From positions 105,340,001 to 105,404,000 of the forward strand of contig CM052817.1 in the NCBI GenBank assembly GCA_028534125.1: 64,000 nucleotides of DNA, given 5' to 3'. Under the pieces are notes generated by a model. That model saw only the letters and a list, made by a program, of their open reading frames with translations. It had not been told where the DNA came from and ran no database searches. The number at the start of each line of letters is the position of its first letter. The stretch's first letter is position 1. Positions 26,856 to 40,947 of this stretch are shown piece after piece. The DNA comes from Lama glama (taxonomy: Eukaryota). A program made the position numbers and the translations under genes.

Positions 26856-27324
26856 TTTGCTCTATGAGTTTGACAATATATTCATACATACAAGGCTTAT
26901 CAACACAATCAAGAGATATATGAATAGATATCTAATAATACCTATGTCAATATCTATGCCTAAATCTCTCTCTATCCACACACATATAATTAAATGTATT
27001 ATTTCCTATTTTTATGCACAAATCTATGAGTTTTAAGACCTGTTTAGCATCTTGAAATTGCCACCAAAATCAAGACGCTAGACAGATCCATCAGCTAAAC
27101 ATACTCCCTCATGCTTTTCCCCCAAAGCCAAACCTTCCCCGTTGATGTCATTTCTGTCCCTGTATGTCACCTCTCCAGGGTAACAGATGAATGAAATCAT
27201 GCTGTAAGTAACCTTCTGACATTGGACTGGCACGTAATGCATTTAATATTTCAATAAGGTAGTGCTTGTTTTTACCTTGTTAGAATACATGGATAAAAGT
27301 CAATATACAGTTAGCCATATTTTT

Positions 27325-27395
27325 AAAAATTTTAATTGATGTATGTAGTCAGTTACAATGTGTCAGTTTCTGGTGTACAGCACTATGTCCCAGTC
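27325..27395 (-). mobile_element. Ultra-short L1 3' end with 17-bp TSD
   Basis: CAGTTAGCCATATTTTT at 27308-27324 and 27396-27412 flanks 'tagtcagttacaatgtgtcagtttctggtgtacagcactatgtcccagtc'. Confidence 0.9.
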
Positions 27396-30300
27396 CAGTT
27401 AGCCATATTTTTTAAAGCTTTGATTCTATAGCTCTGCTTTAACTGGTATTTGGAGCATGATAAGTCCATGTTCATGAAATGTGAAACACGCTGTAATATT
27501 TTTAACAATATCTTGATTGAAAAGTACTAGGGTAGTTTCCTCCTTGAAACATTAAATACTTTAATCTGACTAGTATGTTTCCAGTAGTTATTGATTATTT
27601 AGCATACAATTGGCTGACCTTTTCTATTCTCTTCTCAGTTTACTCAGAGGAGGAAAGCTTTTCACGTGCACTTTGTCTTTTTGAGAAGTCAATTGCAACC
27701 TTAGGCATTTTTGGCTTGGATCTCCCGAGAAACATTATGAGACACGAGCGAGGCCTGTTGATTTCTTCCAAGCCTTTATTGTGCTGGCAAAGACTGCCCT
27801 TTTCCAGATGTCTGTTTTATTTCTCAAGTTGTGGAAACTGTTTAAAGGTTAGCAGAATCAGAGATTCAAGTGGAATACATCCTCGGCATAGGGGGCATGG
27901 AGGTCATGGCCACATTCCGCAGAATGATTACAGTTCCCCAGCAGACACGTTTCAATCTGATCCACTTGCTATCAGAAAAGTCAATATTTGCATTCTGTTG
28001 AATATGCATGACCACTAGTGTTTGAAGAAAGGGCTACTTGATACACACTTCTATGATTATCTTGTTTGCATTCACAAGAAATTATCTGAAAATCCTCTAA
28101 TGATTCAAAGACTTGCTGTAAGGGGTTATTTCATTATTAGAATTAGTTCTGCCGCAACTTTCAATTAAAAACTGACTTAACGTTTTATATATTGCTTAAT
28201 TTTTAAAACTTCACCAGAAAAGGGAAAAAAGCTAAAATATCTAAGAAATAACATCTTTTGTTCATAAACTGTTGGATGTATGAGGAAAGAACTTTTCAGT
28301 AGTTTCATCATATTCTTGACTTTTTTTTTCAGTTTCGAAAGTGTATGCGTTGAAGGAGTTTGCCTTCCTGGATGTTGAGATTCTCATATTTTAATAAAGC
28401 CAGCTAGCGTCCTTTGAAAAAGTATAATATGGCAGTTTTTAGTTAATCAATTATTCTTCAAGCTTTATTTTCTACACGATTTTCTTCCTTTTGAGATTGG
28501 GCATCTCTTTGGGAAGCACTGTCACTATAATTTACTTACACACATTCTGGATGTTTTGGTGTTGCTGTGTTCTGTATCACCGTTTTGTTTGTAAATGTTC
28601 CGTCTTCTGTTTTCAGTGACTCTATCAGCCTAAATACAAGAGATCCCTTTGTCTGCTTGGCTATTTGTAACCTCTATATTTTGGGGTTTGTAGGCCATGA
28701 AAACAGAGACGTCGTGTTAATTAGCTCCTGAGATGAAACTTGTTCACTTTCTGGAGATCCTATTTACCTTTTGCAATTTTGTGAAATCAACAGAACACGC
28801 TACAGCGAATTTGATACTAGAAGCATCTTTCAACTGTCAGTGAGTTTCCTCTGTTGCGCTTTTAGTGGTTTTCAAGTCAGTCGTGCACTCTCATTCAATA
28901 AAATGTCTAGTACGCACTATGTACCCTTAGTTTAAAATTTCCAACTGAAATGCCTTAGAGTTAAGTTTCTTTCCTTCTCTTAGACTCACTTTTTAAGTCT
29001 GTAAAATGATAAAGTTGGATCAGCTAAATCCTAAATTTTAATATGGTTTGTTAGTCTAAGCTTTACTGATCTCTCAAAGCCAAGCTGAAGGTGGCCAACC
29101 TCTTGCACAGGGATTATTTTAATTAAAGGTACACTCAGGTATGAAGTCCTTCTGTGTTAGCAAGTTTCAGCCTGCAAGTCAGAATTTTTTATAGTCTTTG
29201 AGTAGGAATATTCCTTCTAATTCTGACTTCATCTGTTAGGCTGGGTAAATTCACTGATTTCTCATATTATATAGTATTAAGTTACTTAAGATTTAGAAGC
29301 CTACTTAAATCCTTTAAGTATGTAAAACCTTTTTTCTCCTTTCCCTGCCTTTCCAAAATATCTTCCTCACTACTTTGTTACTGTCTCTGAAAACCGACTG
29401 GAAGAGACACACTTATTTGGGTTACAGAATTGATTCTGTGAAGACAAATAAATTCAGCCACCACTGTAACAAAACCTCTGTGAGCCATAAGGCAGAAAGA
29501 CAGAGGTAATACAAAAAGAAACCGGGATTGTGTTTTGGATCAGGTTTCCTCTGCATGAAAATTAATGCATGGGCTTGATGAGGGAAAAGGAGGGGTGGAG
29601 AAGGGGGAGAGGTTGGGGCAGGAAGGTTTTCATTGTGTGTGTCCCCCCTGGAATGACTGAAGGTCAAGGCTCCTCTCTCCCTCAGGTGCCAAAGCCAGTT
29701 TCACAATTTTTAGTATCCAAATATCATGTTTTTAGGGTTCATCTTTCAAGGCTTATGGTTGACCTGTAGTAAATTCCCCAAATTTCATCAATTACATCTG
29801 ATTCTTGTCTTCAGCAGTTATTTAGGAAGAGCAAAAGGCAGGCTGGAACCAGGAATGCCAGGCGTGATATTTCCATCCACCCTTCTTTCTGGCCTCTGTC
29901 TGTCCATCACCTCACGCCCTCTACTTTTCAGAAAGCTTTTCTGCTGAAAAATCTGGCCTCCATTCAGTCATCTCATTCTAGAAACTAAGACGTCAATGAA
30001 GCTATTTCTGCATTGGAAACAACTGCAAAATCCCTCAATTATTAACTTTAAAAACTCATTTAGGCAGGACATTTATTCCTCTAATGTCTGTCACTCTTCG
30101 TTCTTTACACAAATATTTATGTAGTGTTTACAAATACCGTGACCTTTGGTAAACCCTGAGGCTGCGGTTGTTAAAGTTCCCATGCCCTACGTTAAAATAC
30201 TTCATATTCTAAGGGGAAAACGTGTTCCAAAAAATCATAATGTGACTGAATTATGTTTGGTCCAAAAGCCTTTTGGAGCCTGAGAGGAGCACAGTGGCAT

Positions 30301-30826
30301 TTGCAGGGGAAAAATGTGAAAAACTTTACAAAGAGGTGATGTTTAAATAAATTGTGACCATAGCACATGTCATACTAGGCGAAGTAATACTAGAGAAAGT
30401 AGTTTTAAGAGGACCTTACCTCTCAAAGGAATGCATATTTAAATAATATGGTTTATATGCTTAGCTACATAGCATTCAAATTATTAGGTATACATAGGAT
30501 GCAGGTATGTAGGTAACAATAGATAATCTGTATGCAAATGTTCATAGAATTACACTTCCCTTCCCTCCAATAATTTCAATCTTATTTAATTTTTGAAAAG
30601 GCAACTATAAGGTGCAATCAAAACTAAGTGATATTAAGTGTTTACCTAGTGGTATATGGATATTTAAAATTATAGGTGCGTTCAAAATTAAATCCACCAT
30701 CATTATCAAAAAGTTTAGCTAGTCTTTATTTCAATGAAATTCTGAGTCAATTATATTTTTAAGAAAGTTATTTGATTCGGAAACAAATTTATTTGTATTT
30801 ACAACTTAAATGTGTGGTGAAACCAT

Positions 30827-31288
30827 TGTCAACAACAAAACCCACGACCTCAAATTTTAGAATTATGTCTAATTTGGTGGCTTTGCTGAGGACCATGGCT
30901 TGGGATCTAGCCTCTCAGATTGCTCCAAGGAACTTGTAAGAGCTAAGGAAGGAGCCAGGAGATAGAGGATTTTTTGCTGGAAAAAAAAAAAATATGTAGC
31001 TGAACATCAAAAAATTGCTGCTAATCACAAAAAGGACATCACACATCAATGACTTTGGTGTTTTTGGATGTATAGGAAGATGCAAGGGTCTGGGCTCATT
31101 GAAATCCTTCCTTTGATATGCGTCTTAACCATCTAGGGACAGAACCCTGTTTTTCTCCATCCTGAGTCCCCTCAGGGGGTACCATGTTGGGGGATAGGCA
31201 GAGGGTGGGGAGCTGCAGTGCCTGATGGCTTGATGGCAGGTAATGTTCATCATTTACTGAAATGCCAGTCAAATTTTTTTTGTCCACA
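30827..31288 (-). mobile_element. ERV1 solo LTR, MER41-like artiodactyl family
   Basis: TG..CA termini and a near-TSD CCAT/TCAT. Internal motifs (gcctctcagat.gctc, ggaagatgcaag.gtctgggctca.tgaaatc) resemble recalled artiodactyl MER41-like LTRs. Confidence 0.7.
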
Positions 31289-31401
31289 TCATGCAATATT
31301 AATAGATGGAATAATTGGGTAAACCACAAATCGGTCTTACAAATGAAGTTTTTCCCAAAATGTGCACTATTTCTTAAAGTGATTCATAACGTTAATAAAG
31401 C

Positions 31402-31532
31402 TTTTTTAGTGAAGTATAGTCAGTTTACAATGTAGTGTCAATTTCTGGTATACAGCATGAAACTTCAGTGATATAGGAACATACATGTATTCATTTTCAT
31501 ATTCTTTTTAACCATAAGTTACTATAAGATAT
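31402..31532 (-). mobile_element. Short L1 3' end
   Basis: gaagtatagtcagtttacaatg.. signature. Confidence 0.8.
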
Positions 31533-31729
31533 TTCAATAAAAATACTTTTTATAAAAGATATTCTTGCTAACTAAAAAAATAATTTTTCATGAAGTTTCC
31601 AGAATGTTAACATCCTTGATAGTGAGATTGAAGAATCTTAAAATATAATTTTTGTTTTATAATGAGATATGAAAGCAACAGTATATTTAAACAATTCTGA
31701 GGGCATATTTGATTTACAAGTAAAGTAAT

Positions 31730-31960
31730 CTTGGGTAAATGTAAGAATCACTCAGAAAAATGTTAGAGAGAGAGAGAGAGTGACTCTTTAACCCGTTACT
31801 CAAGATTTTGATTTAGTGGTTCTGAGAAGGGGCCAAAGAATCTAGTTTTGTAAAAGCTGTCCTAACACCAAGTTTCTACTGTATAGCACAGGGTGAACAA
31901 ATAAAATAAAAGCTGTGCTAGTTTTTTTGATACATGATCAAATTTGCAGAACCATTGCTG
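31730..31960. mobile_element. MER5A-like MITE relic containing a small insertion
   Basis: 'agaatcac', 'agattttgatttagt.g.tctg..gggcc.aagaatct' and 'agaaccattg'. Confidence 0.55.
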
Positions 31961-34900
31961 GAGTAGTGAACACATTACTATCTTTTGATTGTATTCTTTA
32001 ATATTAAAATAAGGACAATTGATTATTGTTAATATTATTGTAATCATTTGGAAATAACTGAGTATCTGGAAACAAAAGTCATTTAAAAATAGTTAATAGC
32101 ATTACAGAAACCTGATTCTAAAGTGAGTAGGATTATTTCTGCTATACTTGTTAATCCTCCTTATTAAGTTTTACCTACAAACAGTTGGCAAAATAAGAAA
32201 TATTTTTTATCATATTAATAAAGGTAAAACATTCACACTTAAATGCTAATTATTGATATAATATCTGTCACAAACAAGTGTGTGAAATATCAAAAAGTGA
32301 GGTGAAATCTATAGCAGAAAACCTCAGAGAAAAAGAAGAAAAAGTAAAGAATTGCAGAAGATGAACTTGAAGCATGTAACCCTAATTGATTTTATTTATT
32401 TCACTTTACCTATTACTTGGTTAGAAAAACATTCTTGGTAATTTTGACTCTAGAAATTTAAAAAAAGAGTAGAGAGAAACACGCATTTTAAAATAGCATG
32501 GTAGGGGATATAAAATAGGAGTTAAATATTTTTCACAATATTATAGAATATTGTATTATTTAGTGTAATTCCTTTAAACTTCATTATGAAAGCTTTCGGG
32601 GAAATATATATATTAGATAAAAAAATGAAAGGATTTAGACCTTGGATATTGTCTTGAAAAAGAGTAAAAGGAAATAGAAGAGAACAGTTTTACATGGAGG
32701 TTGACGCTGAAATCATTTTATAAGAAATTTTTCTGGGGATGCTTGTCAATTACGTGAGATTAACCATGACAGCATATTTTAATCTAAATTATGTGATTTT
32801 GTACTCTGTGGTTTTAAGAAGTTTGTTTTGCATGCCCCAAAGTTAAATGGGTAAACAATATGATCCTGGAATAAATGAATAAGATAGAGCTCATACTTTT
32901 AATGTGTAAATGAATGTCCTGAGTTCCAATTTTAATCCTTCCTCTTAATTTTCATGAAATGCATAGATATTTAAAACTCTTTAAGACTTACATTTCACAT
33001 GAATGCTAAAATAGCAGCTGTGAATCTCAAACCACAGACACAAGTATTGAAAAATATACCCCTTACAATTGATGTGTAGAAAGCGTGGTTTTCTTAAGAG
33101 ATCATTCTTTTGCATGTTGTAAAAACCTTCTTGAAAGTGCTTTTTCCCAGTTTTATCCTAATTTGTCAGTGCAATGCATGCAAAACTGGATATGTTTCTT
33201 GATCCTTTTGATTAACTTAATGCTTGCTCTAAGAATATCCTCTTTTTTTTTTTAAAGATTCGAATGCCAAAATTTAGTATTTGAGTTAGGTTTGAATAAT
33301 ACAACATTGTAGAAGCTTCCAGAATCTGGGGAATAAATTGTGTATTTTGATGGCAACTGAGTGCATAGTACAGTATATTTTTTTCTGTAATATATCTTAT
33401 CTATTGTTATAATACAATTAATGTGTTATAAGCAATATCAAATTCTCAAGAAATTCAAAAGAATATTGCACAGTCCTAAAAAGTAGGCCATGGATATTTT
33501 CTAATGTGTTAATGAGTGAAGAAGCTGGCAGTTGCTTTTATAACTTTTCTTAATTTACCATCAAAATGGACCATAGTTGAATATATAAGGCCGTAATTAC
33601 TGTGGATATAAATTAACACTCTATTTCCATGCCATGGATGTCAACTCAAATATTATTCAGGTATTCAAAAAGGCAGTCTTTTACAGGTATGTGGATAGCA
33701 TTTTCTAAACAAAGTAATATTTAATGCAAATATGGCCATAAATACAAAGAAGTCTACAGAATTCAGCAAAGGGCCAGGAGAGGATGACCATTCACTGTCC
33801 TAAGCACAACTCTGTTTTCCATGTCGGTCACTGTGTTGTAGAAAATGGCAGTTGTACACAGAGAACGCTTCTGTTTTCTAATTGCTGAGTGCCTTTTCAT
33901 CCTTACAACAGACATTTTTACAAATTCGGTCTCAACTTCCTGTGAATACAGTCAGTGGGAGGAGGACCCACAACAGTTCTAGGAAACAAGTCTTAATCCA
34001 AACAAATCAATCAATAGGCAGATCCTGTCCATGCAGTTCATTCTCACAAGGTGACGTCTTCACCCAGCTTCTTTTCCTGACCCAGACCAGGTCTCAGTTT
34101 GGTGTCATTTCTGTTGCTATTTGTGAAGGTGTGGGTAATACTCAAAAATCAGAGCCTGCCCTTCCACAAACCTGCTGTAGCTCAAATTCGATCTTGAAAA
34201 CCAACTAGAGCTACAGGCATCATAAAGTGGACTCTAAAACTTCCATGAATCAAAGAGAAATCAATCAGAATTAATAAGCTTGGTTTTTTTGAAGGTTTTA
34301 TAAAAGTTAAGTATACTTTATTTCAACATGTAGCTATTTCTAACTGAAGAAAATCAGGACCAACATTGAGGTTATCTACAGATTTTGACATATATTGATT
34401 GTGTTCACAATCGTTATATAAATGTTCAATGTAAATATATAAAGTACATATTAATTAAGAGCTCATTTAATGTCTAATGCCTAACATATATATGCAAAAA
34501 GAAGAATGAAAAGGTAAAAAATATGTTTAAACACTAAAATGTCAAGCTGAAGACCAATTCCAAGGAACTGAGAGGGACAATCCAAACTTACGTTGCTACA
34601 AAGTGTCATCTGTATCAACTAGTTACGTGCTCTGAGGTGACACTATAATTACATATCATTATGAAAAGAAAAGGAAGTATAATGGCTTATTACTAGGGCA
34701 TAAGAAGAAATATGGGAGAAATCTGACATATATATAGTCTAAGTGCTATTTTATAACAGTTACCCACACCTCCAGAATTAAATCAATAATTCTGAATTAA
34801 ACAACGTCATGACAACATGAAAGTGTTACATTTTGGGGTTGTAGAATATCAAAAAGCAAAGGGCTTTGTTAGATAATCTCTGGAAGTGTGTTCACTACTC

Positions 34901-35914
34901 TGATTTCTTATGGGAAAGTTACTATAAAATGCCAGATCAGCATTATAACAGTAAAGCATTTTCATTATCTTTTAATGGATCTAACTTCTGGTGTAGAATG
35001 TGTGCTGTGCACGATAGCGAATTTCAATTGCGGGAGCTAGGGTTTTATATCTGTCTTTTAGTAAAGAGGTAACACATGTGATTTACTTGGTTGCCTCCTC
35101 AAATCTTTTCCTACACTGACTTTTCAGGAATTATATATCTTAGAACTATAAAGTGTTCATTTGCTTTTGGCAGAAAAAAAAAGCTCAGAGATTTTATTCT
35201 TGCTAAGTTTTGCAAAAACTACTTGAAGAAAGTACAACCACATTAGGCTTATTATTAAATTCCTTTTGTGGATCTTTTTTTTTATTATTGTAAGAAAAGG
35301 GACTAGTGTCTTGAACAGATAAATTTAGAGACCAAGCTAGAGCATAAAAAATATCACTCACTCTCTTCTAATTTCCACATGTTACAGATGACAAATGAGA
35401 AACAAAAGATTAAACTGAAGACTCTAAAAAGAAAGATAGGGAAGATGAAAATGTTCGGAGGGAGTTATAATGAGCAAAGAAAAAGACAAATGGGAGGGGA
35501 GAGAAAAAGAAAAACCTGCCATGTTTAGGAATAAAGAAAACAAAAGCACAGGTGCCTGCGGATGTAACTTGTCATTTGTTCTTTGATCTTAAGCAGCTGT
35601 TCCTTCTTTCCCAGCGTTTCATTTTAAATCCATCTGTTTCTTGACAATGTAGTCAGTTCCTTACACTTTCCTATCTCTTTCTTTTTTTGTGTGGGGTGGG
35701 AAATAATTCAAGTAATTTTTCTCGGAAGAGTTTGGCCTTTAGGTAGGAAAAATGCATAATGTTGGATTTGCATTGGAGGCATCTGTGTGAAATCATGAAT
35801 TATATGCGTATATAACCTTCGCTTTGTCCCCCAGTGTGACTGGAAGCAATCACCCATAGTAAGACTGAGACTAGAGTCTACATCCTGATGTTTAAAGAGC
35901 ATCTCTCACTAATG

Positions 35915-37320
35915 TGGGTCAGAGATCTCTGAGAAATGGGTGACCCCATGTCTGGGCAGCAGTGAATATGCTCTTATTACAGAAAGCAAAGAAGTGTTCA
36001 GAGACAACAGGGTCATATGCAAGGAACCCAATAGTGGTGAGGGCATCCCCCTGTACAGTTTGACATAATTTAAATTTTAAAAGGAATAATGATGTAAATA
36101 AATTATAACCTACTGAATAAAAAAAAATTTGAATCCATAGAGACTCACAAAAAAGCAAGGAGAGAGAGAGTTTTTTAGAGGAAAGTTAATAAGTATGGAA
36201 GGAAGGAAAAATTAGAGAATTTTTTGAAACCCAAAGTTTCTACAAGTAAAGATCATCCATGCATGTTGTATATTTCATTCTCATACAGTCTTTGCATGCA
36301 CAAAGAACATTTATTTCTCCTTCAGATATGTCTACTCTAGGCTATATATTGGGTTCAGATCAACCTTATGTATTTCTCTTTCTCTTGGTCCGGTAGCTCT
36401 TCAAGGTCACATTATTCTTGTGGTGACAGGCAGGAGTGTGAAAGAATAAGCCCAACTGAGCAAGGACATTGAAGCGTGATTTCTTCACCTCCACTGACAT
36501 CTCTGTGGCCAGAGTAAGCCTTGTGACCAATACAGATCCAAACAATGAACAACTTTCCCATGACTCAATCTACTAAAGATTAGATAGATCTATCCAATTA
36601 ATAGTCTGAACGTTTGGTGGACCTCAGGGTATTCATACTCAAATATTTCAATGCAGATTAATTTTTTGGTTTAGAGAGAAAAAGAATACACCTAGTGAAT
36701 GATGAGATAGTGCTGTTACCATTTAAATTAAGAGATACAGCAAAATCATCAGAAAGGGAACAACGTGATATTACATAGCTCCTATTATAATGCAGTAAGT
36801 GCCTAATATCACCTGCATGGTAATCTTGTCCCCAAAAATAGATTTAAATTTAATTATGAGAAACCAGTAGGCTAATATGGAATGTAAGACATTCTAGAAG
36901 ACAAGTAGAATGTCCCATACTCTTCAAAACACACACTAAATGACAGTGCTGTTCTACAGGAAAAGGAACAGAAGATAAACACCAAAGGTTGATTAGATTC
37001 TAGATCCAAAAAAAAAAATCTTGGAGGAGTTGGAAAAAGGTAGAGACTATATATTACACGATAGTATTAAATTAATGTCAAGTATATCTAGTGTTACAAT
37101 AATGCTGTGTTATATAGAAATCTGTCCTTATTCATAGCAGATATGTGCTGAAATATTTAGAGATGATTTTCATGACATCACAGCTTACTTTCAAATGCAC
37201 AGATAGATAGAATAGGTGGATGTATAAATGATACATAGTATAGGGCATTGTTGAAATTTAAAACTGTTCTTAGATTGTGAATAATAAAACATGAGGGATG
37301 TATTATTTTTTAGATGAAAA
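35915..37320 (+). mobile_element. Degenerate L1MC/ME 3' fragments with a nested MLT1-like piece (~36290-36560)
   Basis: L1M-like motifs (attattacagaaagcaaagaagt; gtgctgaaatatttagag) and MLT1-like 'tttatttctc' and 'tggccagagtaag'. Confidence 0.5.
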
Positions 37321-38624
37321 TAAAGTATATCAGTCAGCTTAATGTGACTGAGACAAAAGAATAAGTATCTCAGAATAGCCATCAGTGTCCACTGAAAGGT
37401 TTTTCTTTTTATTATTGAGGGTTATTTTAACACTTTAGAAGACATTAACATTTTATAATCAATAGCTTCACAGGATTGAGCATATGCATATAAATATGCA
37501 GCTGACTATTTGGTGTTCTGATTTACTTCAGCGAGGCATGAATAACACCATTTAGGTCTAGCAAATTATCATGATTTGTGAATTATTAATAAGAACTCTT
37601 ATTAGCCATTATTTTCAATGGCTGTTGTGTACAAACCACATTAAACAGGCACAGTAGGTTGCCTCTGGCTGTTTACAATGTAAGTAAAAGTGGAAACAAC
37701 TAGTTTCATTTTGATACTGTCAGGACAATAACAGGAGTTATTAGGGGATTCTGCATTGTCATGAGAGCATCAAAGTATCTCACAGATTTTTTATGGTAAA
37801 TCTTTGTGGTGATGTAAACAGACACATAAGCACTATGGCTTCTCAGTCCCTCACTGGGATATAGATTAATAAAGGATATTATAGCAATGGAACCTTCTGG
37901 TTTGCCTCATTCTACTTTGGTGAATTCTGGCCCATTAGGAAAAGATTAACTTACGACTGAGACTTTAAAACTGTCCTTCTGTGAATGCACCAAACAAAGG
38001 TAGCCCAGAATAGTCATCTATTAAATCAAAAAAGATGGTGTCTATTTTCAGAGATTGATTATCTTGATAGTAATAAAGTGTGAACCATGGAAATTTTTGG
38101 ATGAATTTGTAATTCTCATGTATCTCAAAGACTTTTTTCCTTCTGCTCTCTAGGTCCCATGGGGTTAATTAGACTTATGCAAATTTCTCACTTAGCTGTG
38201 CCTTAAAATCACTTGACAGATATCATACAAACTACTCATGCCTGGATCCTATACCAATAAATGTTAATGTTTATATTAGGAGAAACAGTATATCCCATTC
38301 TTCCTTTACCAGCCCTTATGCCTAGTTTGAATGAGTCACTCTATGTGTACAAAGACCATCAAAGAGAAGCCTTTATGATTGGCTGTGGGGAACAAAGCAA
38401 GAAGTAACAGTACCAATGCCCCTTGCCCATATTCCTCCATCTTTATTTCAAAGGAGAATGTGTTTATAGTCTGAGATTTTTCCACTTGGGATGAATGTGG
38501 GCAAAGATGAAATGATAGAAGAGGTCATTAAGTGACTCCAATTTGATCCCTGCCTTTCTTTGCTTGTTCAGTGTTAGAAGTTGGGTCTTATACAACACAC
38601 ACAGTTAAAATCCCCCCCCCACTC

Positions 38625-39212
38625 TTTTTTTTTTTATTGCAGTATAGTCCATTTGCAATGTTGCATCAATTTCTGGTGCCGAGCATAATGTTTCAGCCAT
38701 AAATATACATACATATACTCCTTTACATATTCTTTTCCATTATAGGTTACTACAAGTATTGCTATAGTTCTCTGTGCTATACAGAAGAAACTTGTTTAAC
38801 TATTTTATGTATAGTAGTTAGTGTCCACAAATCTTGAACTCCCGATTTATCCCTTCCCACCTGCTTTCCCCTCTGGTAACCATAAGTTTGTTCTCTATGT
38901 CTGTAAGTCTATTTCTGTTTTGTAAATAAGTTCATTGGTTTCTTTTCTTTCTTTTGTTTTCTTTTTTAAGATTCCGTGTATAAGTGATATCTCATGGTAT
39001 TTTTCTTTCTCTTTCTGGCTTACTTCACTTAGAATGATGATCTGCAGGTCCATCCATGTTGCTGCAAATGGCATTATTTTGTTATTTTTTATAGTTGAAT
39101 AGTATTCCATTGTATAAATATACCACATCTTCTTTATCCAGGCATGTGTTGATGAACATTTAGGTTGTTTCCATGTCTTGGCTATTGGAAATAGTGCTGC
39201 TATGAACACTGG
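38625..39212 (-). mobile_element. L1 ORF2 C-terminus and 3' UTR
   Basis: Minus-strand [44 protein letters not shown], with a poly-T tail. Confidence 0.92.
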
Positions 39213-40104
39213 TCTCCCGACCCTGGTTATCAAAATTGGAGGGAGGTTCCCTCCTTAGTACTCTAAGTTCCCTAAAACTATCACAAGTGGGAGTACTTTG
39301 CATTGTACTGAATTGCATTTTGAACACTTAAAAAAATCATTTTGAATACTTACTTTGTAGTAGACATAAAACTGAGTGCTTTCCACATGTAAACTCATTT
39401 AATCTTCTTTATGATCTTATGGGTTATATAAGTATAACATAACATATTATTTACATAGCGAATGAAGAATTTCTCATTGCCAGTGAAGAAAGTGAGCCAC
39501 AGTTTTGTTGATTGAATATTTTGAAATACTTTATTTTTCCATCCATTGACTATTCCCTCTAATTTTATGCTATTTAAATTAATTGAATACTATTTCTAGT
39601 TTCTCTTACACATATTGTCAAAATATTTAACAGAATAGGGCCTGACCTAGGGACCAGGGACAGCTTTACAGACATCATAGCTTCATTTGACATAAAATAA
39701 TTATGCTCAAATCACTATTCTTAGTCATGGTTATATTGGAGCAATTAAAACTACCATGAAAGATAACATTCAATAAGTAATACAAAAGATGAGGCATTTT
39801 AGAAAATTATTTCCTGAATTTGACTGCATGGCCAATAAGAGGATCCCCAAAGTATTATCTAGGGAGAATTATCAGAGACTAGAGAAATAGGGAATGGCCA
39901 GGCATGTAAGTTTTTTGAGGCCATATTAAGGACACAAGCATTTCTTATGGAGAAACCATTAAAGGGAGGACTCTAAGTGGTTGGGAAAAGATAGTAGGTA
40001 CTGGGATTGGGGTTTCTTTTCATTGCTGAGTGGTGTAGAGGGATTCGGATGGTGCCAGAGGAGAAGCTATTAAACTATGAGAAGCCAAGGTGAGTGTGAT
40101 GGTA

Positions 40105-40947
40105 ACTGTGTTATCTGTTTTTGGTAATGAAGGGTCACATATGTAGAAGCTTAAAATGAAACACATTTCAATCTATTTTTTGACTCAGTTTCTGTGAGTC
40201 AGAAGTCAGGGCTAAGTTTAACTGGATCCTCTGACTCTGTATCTCTCTCGTGAAAAGTCTGCTAATGAGACAGATGCCAGATCTTACAGTATCCCAATAC
40301 ATTCTCCACTTTCTGTTTTTACACTTCTTATTGAAGTATATTTGATTTGCAATGTTGTGTTAGTTTGACGTATACAGCAAGGTGATTCATATATATGTAT
40401 ATATGTTCTTTTTCAGATGGTTTTCCATTGTGAGTTTTTACAAGATATTGAATATAGTTCCCTGTGCTGTTTTATATGGAATAGTATGTATCTGTTAATC
40501 CTAAACTTAATTTATCCGTCCTCTCCCTTTTCCTCTTTGGTAACCATAGTTTGTTTTCTAAGTCTGTGAGTCTGTTTCTGTTTTGTGAATAAGTTCATTT
40601 GTGTATTTTTGGGGGGATTCCACAAATAAGTGATGTTGTATTTGTCTTTCTCTGATTTCATGTAATATTTAAGATAATCTCTAGGTCCATCCATGTTGCT
40701 GAAAATGGCTTTATTTCATTCTTTTTTATGGCTGAGTAGTATCCCATTGTATAAATACACCACATCTTGTTTATCCAGTCATCTGTCAATGGACACTTAG
40801 GTTGCTTCCTTACATTCTTTTGGCAAGAAGCAAGTCACTGTTTCCTCCCACAATCACCCAGGGAGTGAGGGGCAGACAGGAGGTAGTATGCAAGTGAGTG
40901 AGCACCAGCAGGCAGGGACCGCTGAGGAACCGTAGTCTGTGCACCAT
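40105..40947 (-). mobile_element. MLT1-family MaLR LTR split by an L1 insertion
   Basis: 'cagtttctgtgagtcagaagtcagg' on the left and 'agaagcaagtcac..gtagtctg.gcacca' on the right. Confidence 0.55.
40318..40810 (-). mobile_element. L1 3' end inserted in MLT1
   Basis: Antisense L1 ORF2 end and 3' UTR, with a possible TSD TACATTCT at 40298 and 40811. Confidence 0.85.
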
